This document shows positions 46,228-54,599 of a stretch of 62,808 nt of DNA, piece by piece. A program made the position numbers and the translations under genes. The notes under the pieces are model-generated. The model was given only the letters and a program-made list of their open reading frames with translations. It was not told where the DNA came from and searched no databases. The number at the start of each line of letters is the position of its first letter. Position 1 is the first letter of the stretch. The stretch is from an uncultured Candidatus Saccharibacteria bacterium (lineage in GTDB: Bacteria > Patescibacteriota > Minisyncoccia > Phycocordibacterales > Phycocordibacteraceae): contig CAYHXV010000003.1 in assembly GCA_964360855.1 (NCBI GenBank), positions 1 through 62,808 of the forward strand. Direction: 5' to 3'.

Positions 46228-46258
46228 AAGGGTCCGTCCACCAGGACGGGCCCTTTTT
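46228..46258 (+). terminator. Intrinsic terminator after the radical SAM gene
   Basis: AAGGGTCCGTCC-ACCA-GGACGGGCCCTT followed by TTT. Confidence 0.8.
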
Positions 46259-46300
46259 GTATGTTCCACAAGTAACGACAGAGGGGTATACTCTCCCCAT

Positions 46301-48442
46301 ATGCATATACAGACCATGGCGCGTTGGACCACGCTCATAGCACTATTTACCATTCCGTTCATCCCACTCTACATTGCGAGTGATATGTACTTCCCCTTTA
46401 TCACCGGAAAAGGGTTTGCATTTAGGATATTGGTAGAAGTGGCACTTGCCGGCTATGTGCTCCTAGCATTGGTTGATGCACGCTACCGGCCGAAGTTTTC
46501 GTGGACGTACCTGTTGTACGGGGCACTTGTGCTATGGATGGTACTTGCGAATTTCCTTGCGGAGAATGTGCATAAAGCGTTCTGGAGTAACTTTGAACGC
46601 ATGGATGGATTTGTCACCATTGTGCACATGTTTGTTTTTTTTGCCGTTCTCGGTTCGGTGCTTACCGTGGACCAATTATGGCGAAAGTGGTGGCTAACCT
46701 TTCTTGCGGCTGCAGGGCTTGTGTGCGCCTATGGACTGTTTCAGCTCGCGGGCATGGCCGAAATCCATCAGGGAGGTGCACGTGTGGATGCTACGTTTGG
46801 TAACGCTGCATATCTTGGTGTGTACCTGCTCTTTGTCATAGCTATTGCGCTCTGGCAGGCCTTCGAAAGCAAGGGTTGGCTGAGGAACATCTTGTTTGCC
46901 TTTGTTTTTGTATCTGCAGCTATCCTTTTTGCAACCGCAACGCGCGGAGCAATTATTGGCCTTGTGGGAGCGACACTTTTGGGTAGCATGCTGTGGGCTT
47001 TTGAGTCGAAAAAGAAGTCTCGCGTACTCGCGGGTGGAGTATTCCTTGGGCTTCTGGTCCTGATAGGGGTATTTTTCATGGCAAAAGACACGGCATTCAT
47101 AAAGAGCGACCCGACTCTCGCACGACTGTCTTCTATCTCCCTGAAGGATGGTACAACGCGCTTTGGAATCTGGAATATTGCACTTGCCGGCGCACAGGAA
47201 CGTCCTGTCTTTGGGTGGGGGCAGGAGGGATTCACCTATGTATTTCAGAAGTATTACCATCCCAGCTTGTTTGGGCAGGAGCCATGGTTCGATCGAGCAC
47301 ACAACACGTATCTTGATTGGCTCATTGCGGGTGGTATTCCAGCACTACTTCTGTTTCTTGGACTTTTGGGAAGTGCAGTGGTAGCACTCTACCGAAAGTC
47401 CGTCTCTCGTCCAGAACGTATTATGCTCGTCTGCGCGCTTGCGGCGTATGGGTTCCAAGCACTCTTTGTTTTCGATAACCTATTTAGCTACCTTGGTCTT
47501 GCGGCACTGCTGGCGGCAGCGCACGCTGCCAGCGGTGTACCAATTAAAAAACTTGCCGCATTACCGGAAGTTAATAGACGGGAAGCAAGTACCGTTGCTG
47601 CTACGGTTGTGGGGGTGGTAGCTATTGGCATACTGTGGGTGGTAAATGTGCCCAGTATAGTACAAGCACAGAAGTTAGTGTACGGCTTGAGTATCGGGCA
47701 GTCTAAGCCACTTGAAGGATACGCCTTACTTACGGAAGCAAATACCAGTGGCGGACTTGCTTCTCAGGAGGTGAGCGAACAACTGGTAAACTTTGCAGTA
47801 AGCATCAAGACGCGTGCGGATATCCCCCTAGAAAAACGAGTAGAGATATTTACCTACGCACTTAATCGTATGGAGAAAGAAGTTGAACGTATACCAACAG
47901 ATGCACGACTTCGCATTGAATATGCTACAGGTCTTCGCGCCGGTCACGATTATCCAAATGCACTAGTACACAGTGCTGCCGCACTGGCGCTCTCCCCAAA
48001 AAAGCAGACGCTTATGATGGAGCGTGGGTTTGAGTTTTGGGAGGCTGGTCAAGCAGAAGAAGCGCGTGACATCTTTGTGCAGATGTATGAGCTTGACCCG
48101 TCATTTACGGGACCTGCGGTATACGCAGCCGCGGGAGAGATTGCTCTGGGGAATGTGAAGGAGGGCGAGTTAATTCTCACGCAGGCATTTGGAACAAATA
48201 TTGTGGACGATGAAGCATTAATTATTGCGTACTACCAAGCGAAACGATATGATCGACTCGTGATGGTGCTTGAACTCCACCTCCAAAAAGACCAGTCGAC
48301 ACAGTCCTACATACGACTCGCGTCTGCTTATGTGCTGGCAGGGCAGTATCAAAAGGCACGAGAGAGTGCTCAAGCGGCGCTACGGCTTCATCCGGAAGAT
48401 TCGAAAGCTATCTCTAGCTTTATTACGAAGCTTCCTCAGTAG
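46301..48442 (+). CDS. O-antigen ligase/PglL-like (Wzy_C) membrane protein with C-terminal TPR-like repeats
   Basis: Start moved past the terminator to ATG 46301 (TATACT 8 nt upstream); ATFGNAAYLG; TATRGA; RFGIW; FGWGQEGF; DRAHNTYLD; helical TPR-like tail. Confidence 0.85.
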   Translation: MHIQTMARWTTLIALFTIPFIPLYIASDMYFPFITGKGFAFRILVEVALAGYVLLALVDARYRPKFSWTYLLYGALVLWMVLANFLAENVHKAFWSNFERMDGFVTIVHMFVFFAVLGSVLTVDQLWRKWWLTFLAAAGLVCAYGLFQLAGMAEIHQGGARVDATFGNAAYLGVYLLFVIAIALWQAFESKGWLRNILFAFVFVSAAILFATATRGAIIGLVGATLLGSMLWAFESKKKSRVLAGGVFLGLLVLIGVFFMAKDTAFIKSDPTLARLSSISLKDGTTRFGIWNIALAGAQERPVFGWGQEGFTYVFQKYYHPSLFGQEPWFDRAHNTYLDWLIAGGIPALLLFLGLLGSAVVALYRKSVSRPERIMLVCALAAYGFQALFVFDNLFSYLGLAALLAAAHAASGVPIKKLAALPEVNRREASTVAATVVGVVAIGILWVVNVPSIVQAQKLVYGLSIGQSKPLEGYALLTEANTSGGLASQEVSEQLVNFAVSIKTRADIPLEKRVEIFTYALNRMEKEVERIPTDARLRIEYATGLRAGHDYPNALVHSAAALALSPKKQTLMMERGFEFWEAGQAEEARDIFVQMYELDPSFTGPAVYAAAGEIALGNVKEGELILTQAFGTNIVDDEALIIAYYQAKRYDRLVMVLELHLQKDQSTQSYIRLASAYVLAGQYQKARESAQAALRLHPEDSKAISSFITKLPQ

Positions 48443-48445
48443 CGC

Positions 48446-49453
48446 ATGGTCGTTCGAGAACATGTCGCCTTGTCAGAGTTGACTACTCTCAAGGTTGGTG
48501 GGCTCGCTCGCTTTGTCTGTACCGGTGAATCACTAGAAGATGTTGAGAAGGCGGTGGCGTTGGCTCAAACGCAAAACCTTCCGTTTACGGTACTGGGTGA
48601 AGGAAGTAATGTGCTAGCGCGTGACCAGAACTATGAAGGGGTGGTGTTACTCATGCATATGCAGGGTACCTCTTATACGGATGAAGGTGATCAGGTTCTG
48701 GTGACTGCGGGGGCAGGTGTTTCGTGGGATGGGTTGGTGAGTGAGGCGGTAGAGAGGGAACTGTGGGGGCTTGAGAACCTGGCGGGGATACCGGGAACTG
48801 TGGGGGCCGCCCCCGTGCAAAATATTGGAGCGTATGGGGCAGAACTACAGACACTCTTTGTAAGCGCAAACGTATTTGATGCGCACACTAAGACGTGGAG
48901 TTCCTTTGATCGAAACGACTGCCAGTTTGCGTATCGGGATAGCATCTTTAAACGCAATCGTTCGCTGGTGATTGAAGAGGTAACACTTAAGCTTTCTAAC
49001 GTAGGCGCACCTCAGCTCGGATACAGTGATTTGCGTACGCTGGTGCAGGAAGGAAAGACGCTTGATACCCCATGTACGATTGTAGAGAATGTGCGGCAAG
49101 TGCGCTCGCATAAATTTCCCGATTTGGTGCAGCACGGCACTGCAGGTTCGTTTTTTAAAAACCCCATTATAGAGCCCGAACTATTTGCCTCTCTCTGTTC
49201 TCAGTATGGTGCTATGCCAAGCTATCCTGCAGTTGGGGGTATAAAGATACCTCTCGCTTTTATCTTGGATCATATTCTTGGCTTGCGTGGTCATCGAGAA
49301 GGAAAGGTGTCTTTGTTTGGTAATCAACCATTGGTATTAGTTGCAGATCGGGGAGCAACTGCAGCTGACATAGATGCATTTGCAAATGCAATTGCAAAAA
49401 AAGTATTTGAAGCAACGGGAATTGTTATTGAGAGAGAAGTGCAGACGATGTAG
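48446..49453 (+). CDS. murB: UDP-N-acetylenolpyruvoylglucosamine reductase
   Basis: TTLKVGG.A; GEGSNVL; GLENLAGIPGTVGAAPVQNIGAYG; FAYRDSIFK; AGSFFKNP; EREV. Confidence 0.95.
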   Translation: MVVREHVALSELTTLKVGGLARFVCTGESLEDVEKAVALAQTQNLPFTVLGEGSNVLARDQNYEGVVLLMHMQGTSYTDEGDQVLVTAGAGVSWDGLVSEAVERELWGLENLAGIPGTVGAAPVQNIGAYGAELQTLFVSANVFDAHTKTWSSFDRNDCQFAYRDSIFKRNRSLVIEEVTLKLSNVGAPQLGYSDLRTLVQEGKTLDTPCTIVENVRQVRSHKFPDLVQHGTAGSFFKNPIIEPELFASLCSQYGAMPSYPAVGGIKIPLAFILDHILGLRGHREGKVSLFGNQPLVLVADRGATAADIDAFANAIAKKVFEATGIVIEREVQTM

Positions 49454-49490
49454 TAAATATGGCCTGTAAACCGGACTAAAGGTCAATATG

Positions 49491-49559
49491 CCGTTAATAT
49501 TAACTGATTTCGGACCATATTAACGGTTTATTGACATAATACCGTTAATAGACTAGTAT
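49491..49559 (+). promoter_or_regulatory. Sigma70 promoter of the Fic gene with three operator-like boxes
   Basis: TTGACA (49531-36), 17 bp, TAGTAT (49554-59); CCGTTAATAT (49491-500), its reverse complement ATATTAACGG (49517-26), and ACCGTTAATA (49541-50) flanking the -35. Confidence 0.75.
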
Positions 49560-49566
49560 ATAAGCA

Positions 49567-50469
49567 ATGGCAACGACCAAACCTATTCGTGAGCGCATAC
49601 AGGCTCTAAAAGAGGAATACGCGCGTATAAAGAAGGGTAAAGACTCACTGCTTACCCTCCTTGACGAAGCTGAGCTCCCCGAGGCAGTCTACAACTCCAA
49701 TGCGATTGAGAACTCCACTCTTACCCTGAAGGAAACAGAACGAATCCTGCTCGAGCAAGAGGTTGACCGTGACGTCTCGGTGCGCGAGGTCTTTGAAGCA
49801 AAGAATCTTGCACGGGTGTCCGAATATATCCGGACGAAGGCATTGGAATCAGAAATTTCAAAAGATACTATGCTTCTCCTTCACCAAATGTTGATTGGGG
49901 GCATTAATGATTCCATTGCGGGGAGGTTTCGTAGAGAGGGAGAGTATGTTCGTATCGGTACTCATGTAGCACCTGCCCCAGAGCATCTAGAACGCATGCT
50001 TGAATCTCTACTCACGGATTACGCAAACGACCACGAAAGCTATGATCTCGATGCCATAGCGCGCTTCCATCTCGAGTTCGAGCACATTCATCCATTTAAT
50101 GATGGTAACGGGCGCATTGGCCGAGTGCTAATTAATTGGCAGCTCCTTCGGCATGGGTTTCCCTCCATCATTATTAGAGACAAGGAGAAGCAGGTGTACT
50201 ACCGGGCATTTGGCGAATACCGCGACTCGCAAAAGAAGCGCTCTAATCAAATGGAGCGGGTGCTCACGCTCACCCTTATGGAGTCTCTGCATAAGAGGCT
50301 TGCCTATCTGCATGGTGGGGAAATCGTGACTCTTGCTGCGTATGCAAAACAGAAGGATGCTTCATTGCCTGCGCTCACCAACGCCGCACGCAGGCAAACC
50401 ATTCCTGCATTTAGAGAACGAGGAGTGTGGAAGATTGAGTCAAAGTTTGTGGACTCTAGAAGTGTTTAG
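49567..50469 (+). CDS. Fic-family protein (class II-type inhibitory motif) with a C-terminal HTH-like domain
   Basis: Canonical HPFNDGNGRIGR; N-terminal SNAIEN matching (S/T)xxxE(G/N); tail TLAAYAKQK...IPAFRERGVWKI. Confidence 0.9.
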   Translation: MATTKPIRERIQALKEEYARIKKGKDSLLTLLDEAELPEAVYNSNAIENSTLTLKETERILLEQEVDRDVSVREVFEAKNLARVSEYIRTKALESEISKDTMLLLHQMLIGGINDSIAGRFRREGEYVRIGTHVAPAPEHLERMLESLLTDYANDHESYDLDAIARFHLEFEHIHPFNDGNGRIGRVLINWQLLRHGFPSIIIRDKEKQVYYRAFGEYRDSQKKRSNQMERVLTLTLMESLHKRLAYLHGGEIVTLAAYAKQKDASLPALTNAARRQTIPAFRERGVWKIESKFVDSRSV

Positions 50470-50586
50470 CTTGTGAGCATCCCGCACCCGAGTCCGCATA
50501 TACAATTGTAGTAATGTTTCTTTGGTAAAATTATTTTACTCAACGCATTCAAATTTCTTTTGTCCTTTGCTGACAAAGAAAAAAAG

Positions 50587-50595
50587 TTATCCACA
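50587..50595 (+). promoter_or_regulatory. Single consensus DnaA box in an AT-rich intergenic region
   Basis: TTATCCACA exact match to the consensus. Confidence 0.4.
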
Positions 50596-50726
50596 TTTCT
50601 TTTTTCTTTGCAAAAAATAAATGTAAACACACGTAATAATAATCAATAGCACATCAGCGAGAAAGTTTTCTAAAAATCTTCTTGGTGATGGGTCGACACT
50701 ATTAGTCATAGTCAATCGCGATACCT

Positions 50727-50897
50727 ATGGCAGCAAAAAAGAGGAAGACCGCCAAGAAGACCGTGAAGAAGGCCGCACCTAAGAAGCGTGCAGCAAAGAA
50801 GACGGTAAAGAAGGCAGTCAAGAAAACCGCTAAGAAAGCTGTAAAGAAGGCCGCAAAGAAGACCACCAAGCGCAAGGCAACGAAGCGCAAGAAGTAG
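50727..50897 (+). CDS. Histone H1-like Lys/Ala-rich protein, 56 aa (not in the ORF track)
   Basis: MAAKKRKTAKKTVKKAAPKKRAAKKTVKKAVKKTAKKAVKKAAKKTTKRKATKRKK; 26 Lys plus 4 Arg, no acidic residues; own terminator. Confidence 0.9.
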   Translation: MAAKKRKTAKKTVKKAAPKKRAAKKTVKKAVKKTAKKAVKKAAKKTTKRKATKRKK

Positions 50898-50918
50898 TCT
50901 CCTTTCGGTTCTCTATAC

Positions 50919-50953
50919 AAACAAAAAGCCTCCTTCGGGAGGTTTTTTGTTTT
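50919..50953. terminator. Intrinsic terminator with TTCG loop
   Basis: AAACAAAAAGCCTCC-TTCG-GGAGGTTTTTTGTTT. Confidence 0.88.
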
Positions 50954-51007
50954 GCCCACCCGCTACCGTTTCTGGGCCCCGCGCGGTATAGTGGCGATAC
51001 CTTATAT

Positions 51008-53518
51008 ATGGCTAGCTTTCTCGGAAACATATTTACCAAGAACCAATCGGCTTCGTTCCTCAAAACGGCGCAGCCGGTGGTGGATCTAGCTAATGGCCTA
51101 GCTGAAGCCCTGGAAACCGTTTCGCGGGAAGATCTTCAGAAACGACTCCAAGAGGTGCGGGAGCGCACAGACGGTGTTCCAACCAAGGATGCTGATATTG
51201 CCGAGGTTTTTGCGCTGGTGCGAGAGGCGGCACGACGTACCTTGAGCGAGCGGCACTATGACGTCCAACTACTCGGAGGGTTGGCACTTGCGCGCAAACG
51301 TATTGCAGAAATGCGCACGGGAGAAGGAAAGACTTTGGTAGCCACACTCCCGGTTACCCTGCATGCACTTGCCGGGAAAGGAGTGCACGTGGTGACGGTG
51401 AACGACTACCTGGCTCGTCGTGACGGCGCCTGGATGGGTCAGGTGTATAGCTACCTTGGTCTAACGGTTGGGGTGGTTACCGGTGGTGGCGGGTACCTGT
51501 ACGACGCAGCGCATATAACAGAAGCGGAGGATGCCGAGCGCGATGCAGAGGGGTCGTACAAGGTATTCTATGAATTCCTTCGTCCTGCATCAAAGCAAGA
51601 AGCGTATGCTGCAGACATTACGTACGCCACCAACAATGAGCTTGGGTTTGATTACCTGCGAGACAACACGGCCTACGACCCCTCACAGATAAACCAGCGG
51701 GGACACTACTTCGCTATTGTTGACGAGGTGGACTCGATTCTTATCGACGAGGCCCGCACCCCTCTTATTATTTCGGGTCCTGCCGCAGAAGCGGAAAGTC
51801 TCTACGAACGATTTGCCTCGATGGTTTCTTCGTTCAAGGTAGACGAGGACTATACGGTTGATGAGAAGCAAAAGGCGGTTCAGATTACCGAAGAGGGGAT
51901 ACACAAGGCCGAAGTGGCACTTGGTATTGAGAACCTGTATGCAGAGGGCGGAATGCGCTTCGCACACTTCCTTGATACGGCAGTGCGTGCCAAGGCACTC
52001 TTTCACCTAGATAAGGAGTATGTCATTAAGGATGGCGAGATTGTTATTGTTGACGAGTTTACCGGTCGCCTACAGCCAGGACGCCGGTGGAGTGAGGGAC
52101 TCCACCAAGCCGTTGAAGCAAAGGAAGGTGTGCCTATTCAGAAGGAAACCCGTACCTATGCAAGCGTGACCTTCCAGAACTATTTCCGCATGTATGGCGC
52201 ATTGGCGGGTATGACCGGTACGGGATTATCCTCGGAAGAAGAGTTTTATACCGTGTATGGGCTCGATGTGGTGGTGGTGCCCACACACCGCACCATTGCG
52301 CGTATCGACTATCACGATCTTATTTTCCAGAATACAAAGGGCAAGTTACGTGCGCTCGCTCGAAACATCAAGTCCATCTATGAGAAGGGACAGCCAGTGC
52401 TCGTGGGTACGGTGTCTATTGAAGATAACGAGGTGGTGAGTGAGTACCTGCGCAAGGAAGGAGTTCCTCATGAGGTATTGAACGCCAAGAACCACGAGCG
52501 CGAGGGGGAGATTATAGCGGGCGCCGGCAAGAAGGGAATGGTGACCGTTGCTACAAACCTTGCAGGACGTGGAGTGGACATTAAGCTTGGCGGACCTCTC
52601 GCAACGCCCGAAGCACGGGAAGAGATTCGCCAGCTTGGAGGACTTGCGGTTATTGGTACGGAGCGTCATGAAGCGCGACGTATCGATAATCAGCTACGTG
52701 GACGCTCAGGACGGCAGGGCGACCCTGGGGAGACCCGTTTCTATGTATCGCTTGAAGACAAACTCATGCGCGTGTTTGCTTCCGACATGCTGAAGAATGT
52801 TATGGGCACGTTCAAGATCCCTGAGGACGAACCCATTGAGAGTGGACTTATTACCAAATCACTCGAGACGGCTCAGAAGCGCATTGAGGGATTCAATTTT
52901 GACTCGCGTAAGCAAGTGCTTGCCTATGATGATGTGCTCAATACCCAGCGTCTCGCTATCTATGCAGAGCGCCGCACGGCACTTACCGGTACCGATGAAG
53001 AACTCAGTGACCTGATTCAAGACTTCATACAGGGGCATGAAGGAGCCAGTGAAGCATTCAAGGAGAAGCAAGCCGAGCTCAAAGAAGCGTTCGTGCCACT
53101 CATGCGCCGTCTCTTGCTTCAGGTAACCGATGCGTTCTGGCTGGAGCACCTTGATACCATGGAGCATTTGCGTCGCTCCGTCTCCCTTCGTTCCTACGGG
53201 CAGCGTGATCCACTTATTGAATACCGACGTGAGGGACTTGCGCTCTTTACTGCAATGCAGGCTGCCATACGTATCCAGATTGCCGAAGCGCTCCCACGTA
53301 CCGTGGTTGCCGACGACTCGCGTATTCGCGCAGAGGAAGAGAAGGTGCGCGCGCAGATTCTTGCGGCGAGTGAAGCTGGTGCAATTTCGGCTCCTCTCGT
53401 ACTTGGAACTACCTATGGCAGGAATGATGAGGTGACCATACGTCGTGGGGAAGAAACACAGACGCTGAAGTACAAAAAGGCTGAACCACTTCTTGCTGAG
53501 GGGTGGGAGCTACTTTAG
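51008..53518 (+). CDS. secA: Preprotein translocase subunit SecA
   Basis: AEMRTGEGKTL; VTVNDYLARRD; DEVDSILIDEARTPLIISG; ATNLAGRGVDI; RRIDNQLRGRSGRQGDPG. Confidence 0.98.
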   Translation: MASFLGNIFTKNQSASFLKTAQPVVDLANGLAEALETVSREDLQKRLQEVRERTDGVPTKDADIAEVFALVREAARRTLSERHYDVQLLGGLALARKRIAEMRTGEGKTLVATLPVTLHALAGKGVHVVTVNDYLARRDGAWMGQVYSYLGLTVGVVTGGGGYLYDAAHITEAEDAERDAEGSYKVFYEFLRPASKQEAYAADITYATNNELGFDYLRDNTAYDPSQINQRGHYFAIVDEVDSILIDEARTPLIISGPAAEAESLYERFASMVSSFKVDEDYTVDEKQKAVQITEEGIHKAEVALGIENLYAEGGMRFAHFLDTAVRAKALFHLDKEYVIKDGEIVIVDEFTGRLQPGRRWSEGLHQAVEAKEGVPIQKETRTYASVTFQNYFRMYGALAGMTGTGLSSEEEFYTVYGLDVVVVPTHRTIARIDYHDLIFQNTKGKLRALARNIKSIYEKGQPVLVGTVSIEDNEVVSEYLRKEGVPHEVLNAKNHEREGEIIAGAGKKGMVTVATNLAGRGVDIKLGGPLATPEAREEIRQLGGLAVIGTERHEARRIDNQLRGRSGRQGDPGETRFYVSLEDKLMRVFASDMLKNVMGTFKIPEDEPIESGLITKSLETAQKRIEGFNFDSRKQVLAYDDVLNTQRLAIYAERRTALTGTDEELSDLIQDFIQGHEGASEAFKEKQAELKEAFVPLMRRLLLQVTDAFWLEHLDTMEHLRRSVSLRSYGQRDPLIEYRREGLALFTAMQAAIRIQIAEALPRTVVADDSRIRAEEEKVRAQILAASEAGAISAPLVLGTTYGRNDEVTIRRGEETQTLKYKKAEPLLAEGWELL

Positions 53519-53691
53519 CGCTTGATTGATTCTCGGTACTTGTGCATGAGTGCGCGTTGATCTGCCGCTGATTCTTTGGCCGCTCTCATCACGGTTCTTT
53601 TCTGTTCGCGAGACCCGAATACAGTCTTCAGGACCAGCTTTTTTGTAGCAGTCTTGCGAGCAGTATGTCCTAATACGGAGAGTAATTTCAT
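53515..53691 (-). CDS. Small basic protein, 58 aa, downstream of the zeta-toxin-like gene (not in the ORF track)
   Basis: Translated by hand: MKLLSVLGHTARKTATKKLVLKTVFGSREQKRTVMRAAKESAADQRALMHKYRESIKR; starts 14 nt after the zeta stop; its TAA overlaps the secA TAG. Confidence 0.7.
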   Translation of the reverse strand: MKLLSVLGHTARKTATKKLVLKTVFGSREQKRTVMRAAKESAADQRALMHKYRESIKR

Positions 53692-53705
53692 ATGTTGATA
53701 CTACC

Positions 53706-54542
53706 TTATACGAGTGGCCTGAGCAATTCCTGCAATTGCGCCTCAGTGTATTCTTGGACTAAACCCGCACGGCGGTTTGCTTCTAAAAAATGGGACACAC
53801 TGGGCCAGTTAAGTGCAATGTCGATAACCTCGTTGTTCACATTCTTAAGTACACAATTAATTTTTACAGCTGCACCGAATTCTCGCTTGACTCTGTCAAC
53901 ATTCTGCTGGGATTTGAAGTACTGTTCAATAAATCGTTCCTTGAGTATGTTTCTTCCTTCGAGCCTTTCTCGTGCTTGGGTAAATTCCCATGCAACGAGC
54001 GGGTCAATATAGAGGTAGTAAATTTGAACTTCACGATCTGACTGAATTGATTTTCGAACGATATCCCGCATGGTTGCATAGTTTCCAAATGTCCCGTCAT
54101 GCAGAAAAGAGATATCGTGTGCAAAACAATACTCTCGAAGAATACTAAGTCCCTTGGTTGCTGCTTTGTGTACGATGTGCGCGTTTCCCATTACTCCGGT
54201 CACAGGGCTGCTTTTAATGTACTGAGGTAAGAAGGTTCGAATTTCGTCGACATCTATACGAATTATCAGTGCATCAAAGGTTGGGGTATCAATGTCGACA
54301 CCCTTGAGTGCGGTACGCACTCCCGTATTCTGAGAGTCGGGAAGCAAGGGAAGGTAACGCTTAGAAAATTCTGTTTTACCAGCTCCTGGAGAACCAGCCA
54401 TAAAAATAGTAATAAATCCGAGCGGAAGGGGATTCTTGTCACGAATAAACGTATCGACCAGGTCTTGCTTGTGAGACTCTACAAACCTTATCGCCTCAGC
54501 TTGTATGCGTAGTTCCTCTTCACTAAGCTCTAACGGATTCAT
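53706..54542 (-). CDS. Zeta toxin/PezT-like P-loop kinase
   Basis: MAGSPGAGKTE; IDVDEIR; HDGT; ARERLEGRNI; start set at ATG 54542 (TATTAT 6 nt upstream; the longer ORF would overlap obgE). Confidence 0.8.
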   Translation of the reverse strand: MNPLELSEEELRIQAEAIRFVESHKQDLVDTFIRDKNPLPLGFITIFMAGSPGAGKTEFSKRYLPLLPDSQNTGVRTALKGVDIDTPTFDALIIRIDVDEIRTFLPQYIKSSPVTGVMGNAHIVHKAATKGLSILREYCFAHDISFLHDGTFGNYATMRDIVRKSIQSDREVQIYYLYIDPLVAWEFTQARERLEGRNILKERFIEQYFKSQQNVDRVKREFGAAVKINCVLKNVNNEVIDIALNWPSVSHFLEANRRAGLVQEYTEAQLQELLRPLV

Positions 54543-54599
54543 AACACAATAATAACCCGCCACGAGCCAGTCTTTCCTATATATGGTAGGGTGGCCTAT

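Noticed and set aside
9485-48442. Classical LPS/O-antigen cluster
   Set aside because: No lipid A, Kdo, wzz or lpt genes seen; lineage signatures indicate no outer membrane
50500-50700. oriC
   Set aside because: Only one consensus DnaA box and no dnaA/dnaN nearby
50702-51063. Minus-strand ORFs 50702-50959 and 50830-51063
   Set aside because: Antisense shadows of the H1-like gene; they cross its terminator
53515-53691. Initial guess of ribosomal protein S21
   Set aside because: No S21 motifs (ALRRFK, YEKPS); treated as a hypothetical zeta partner
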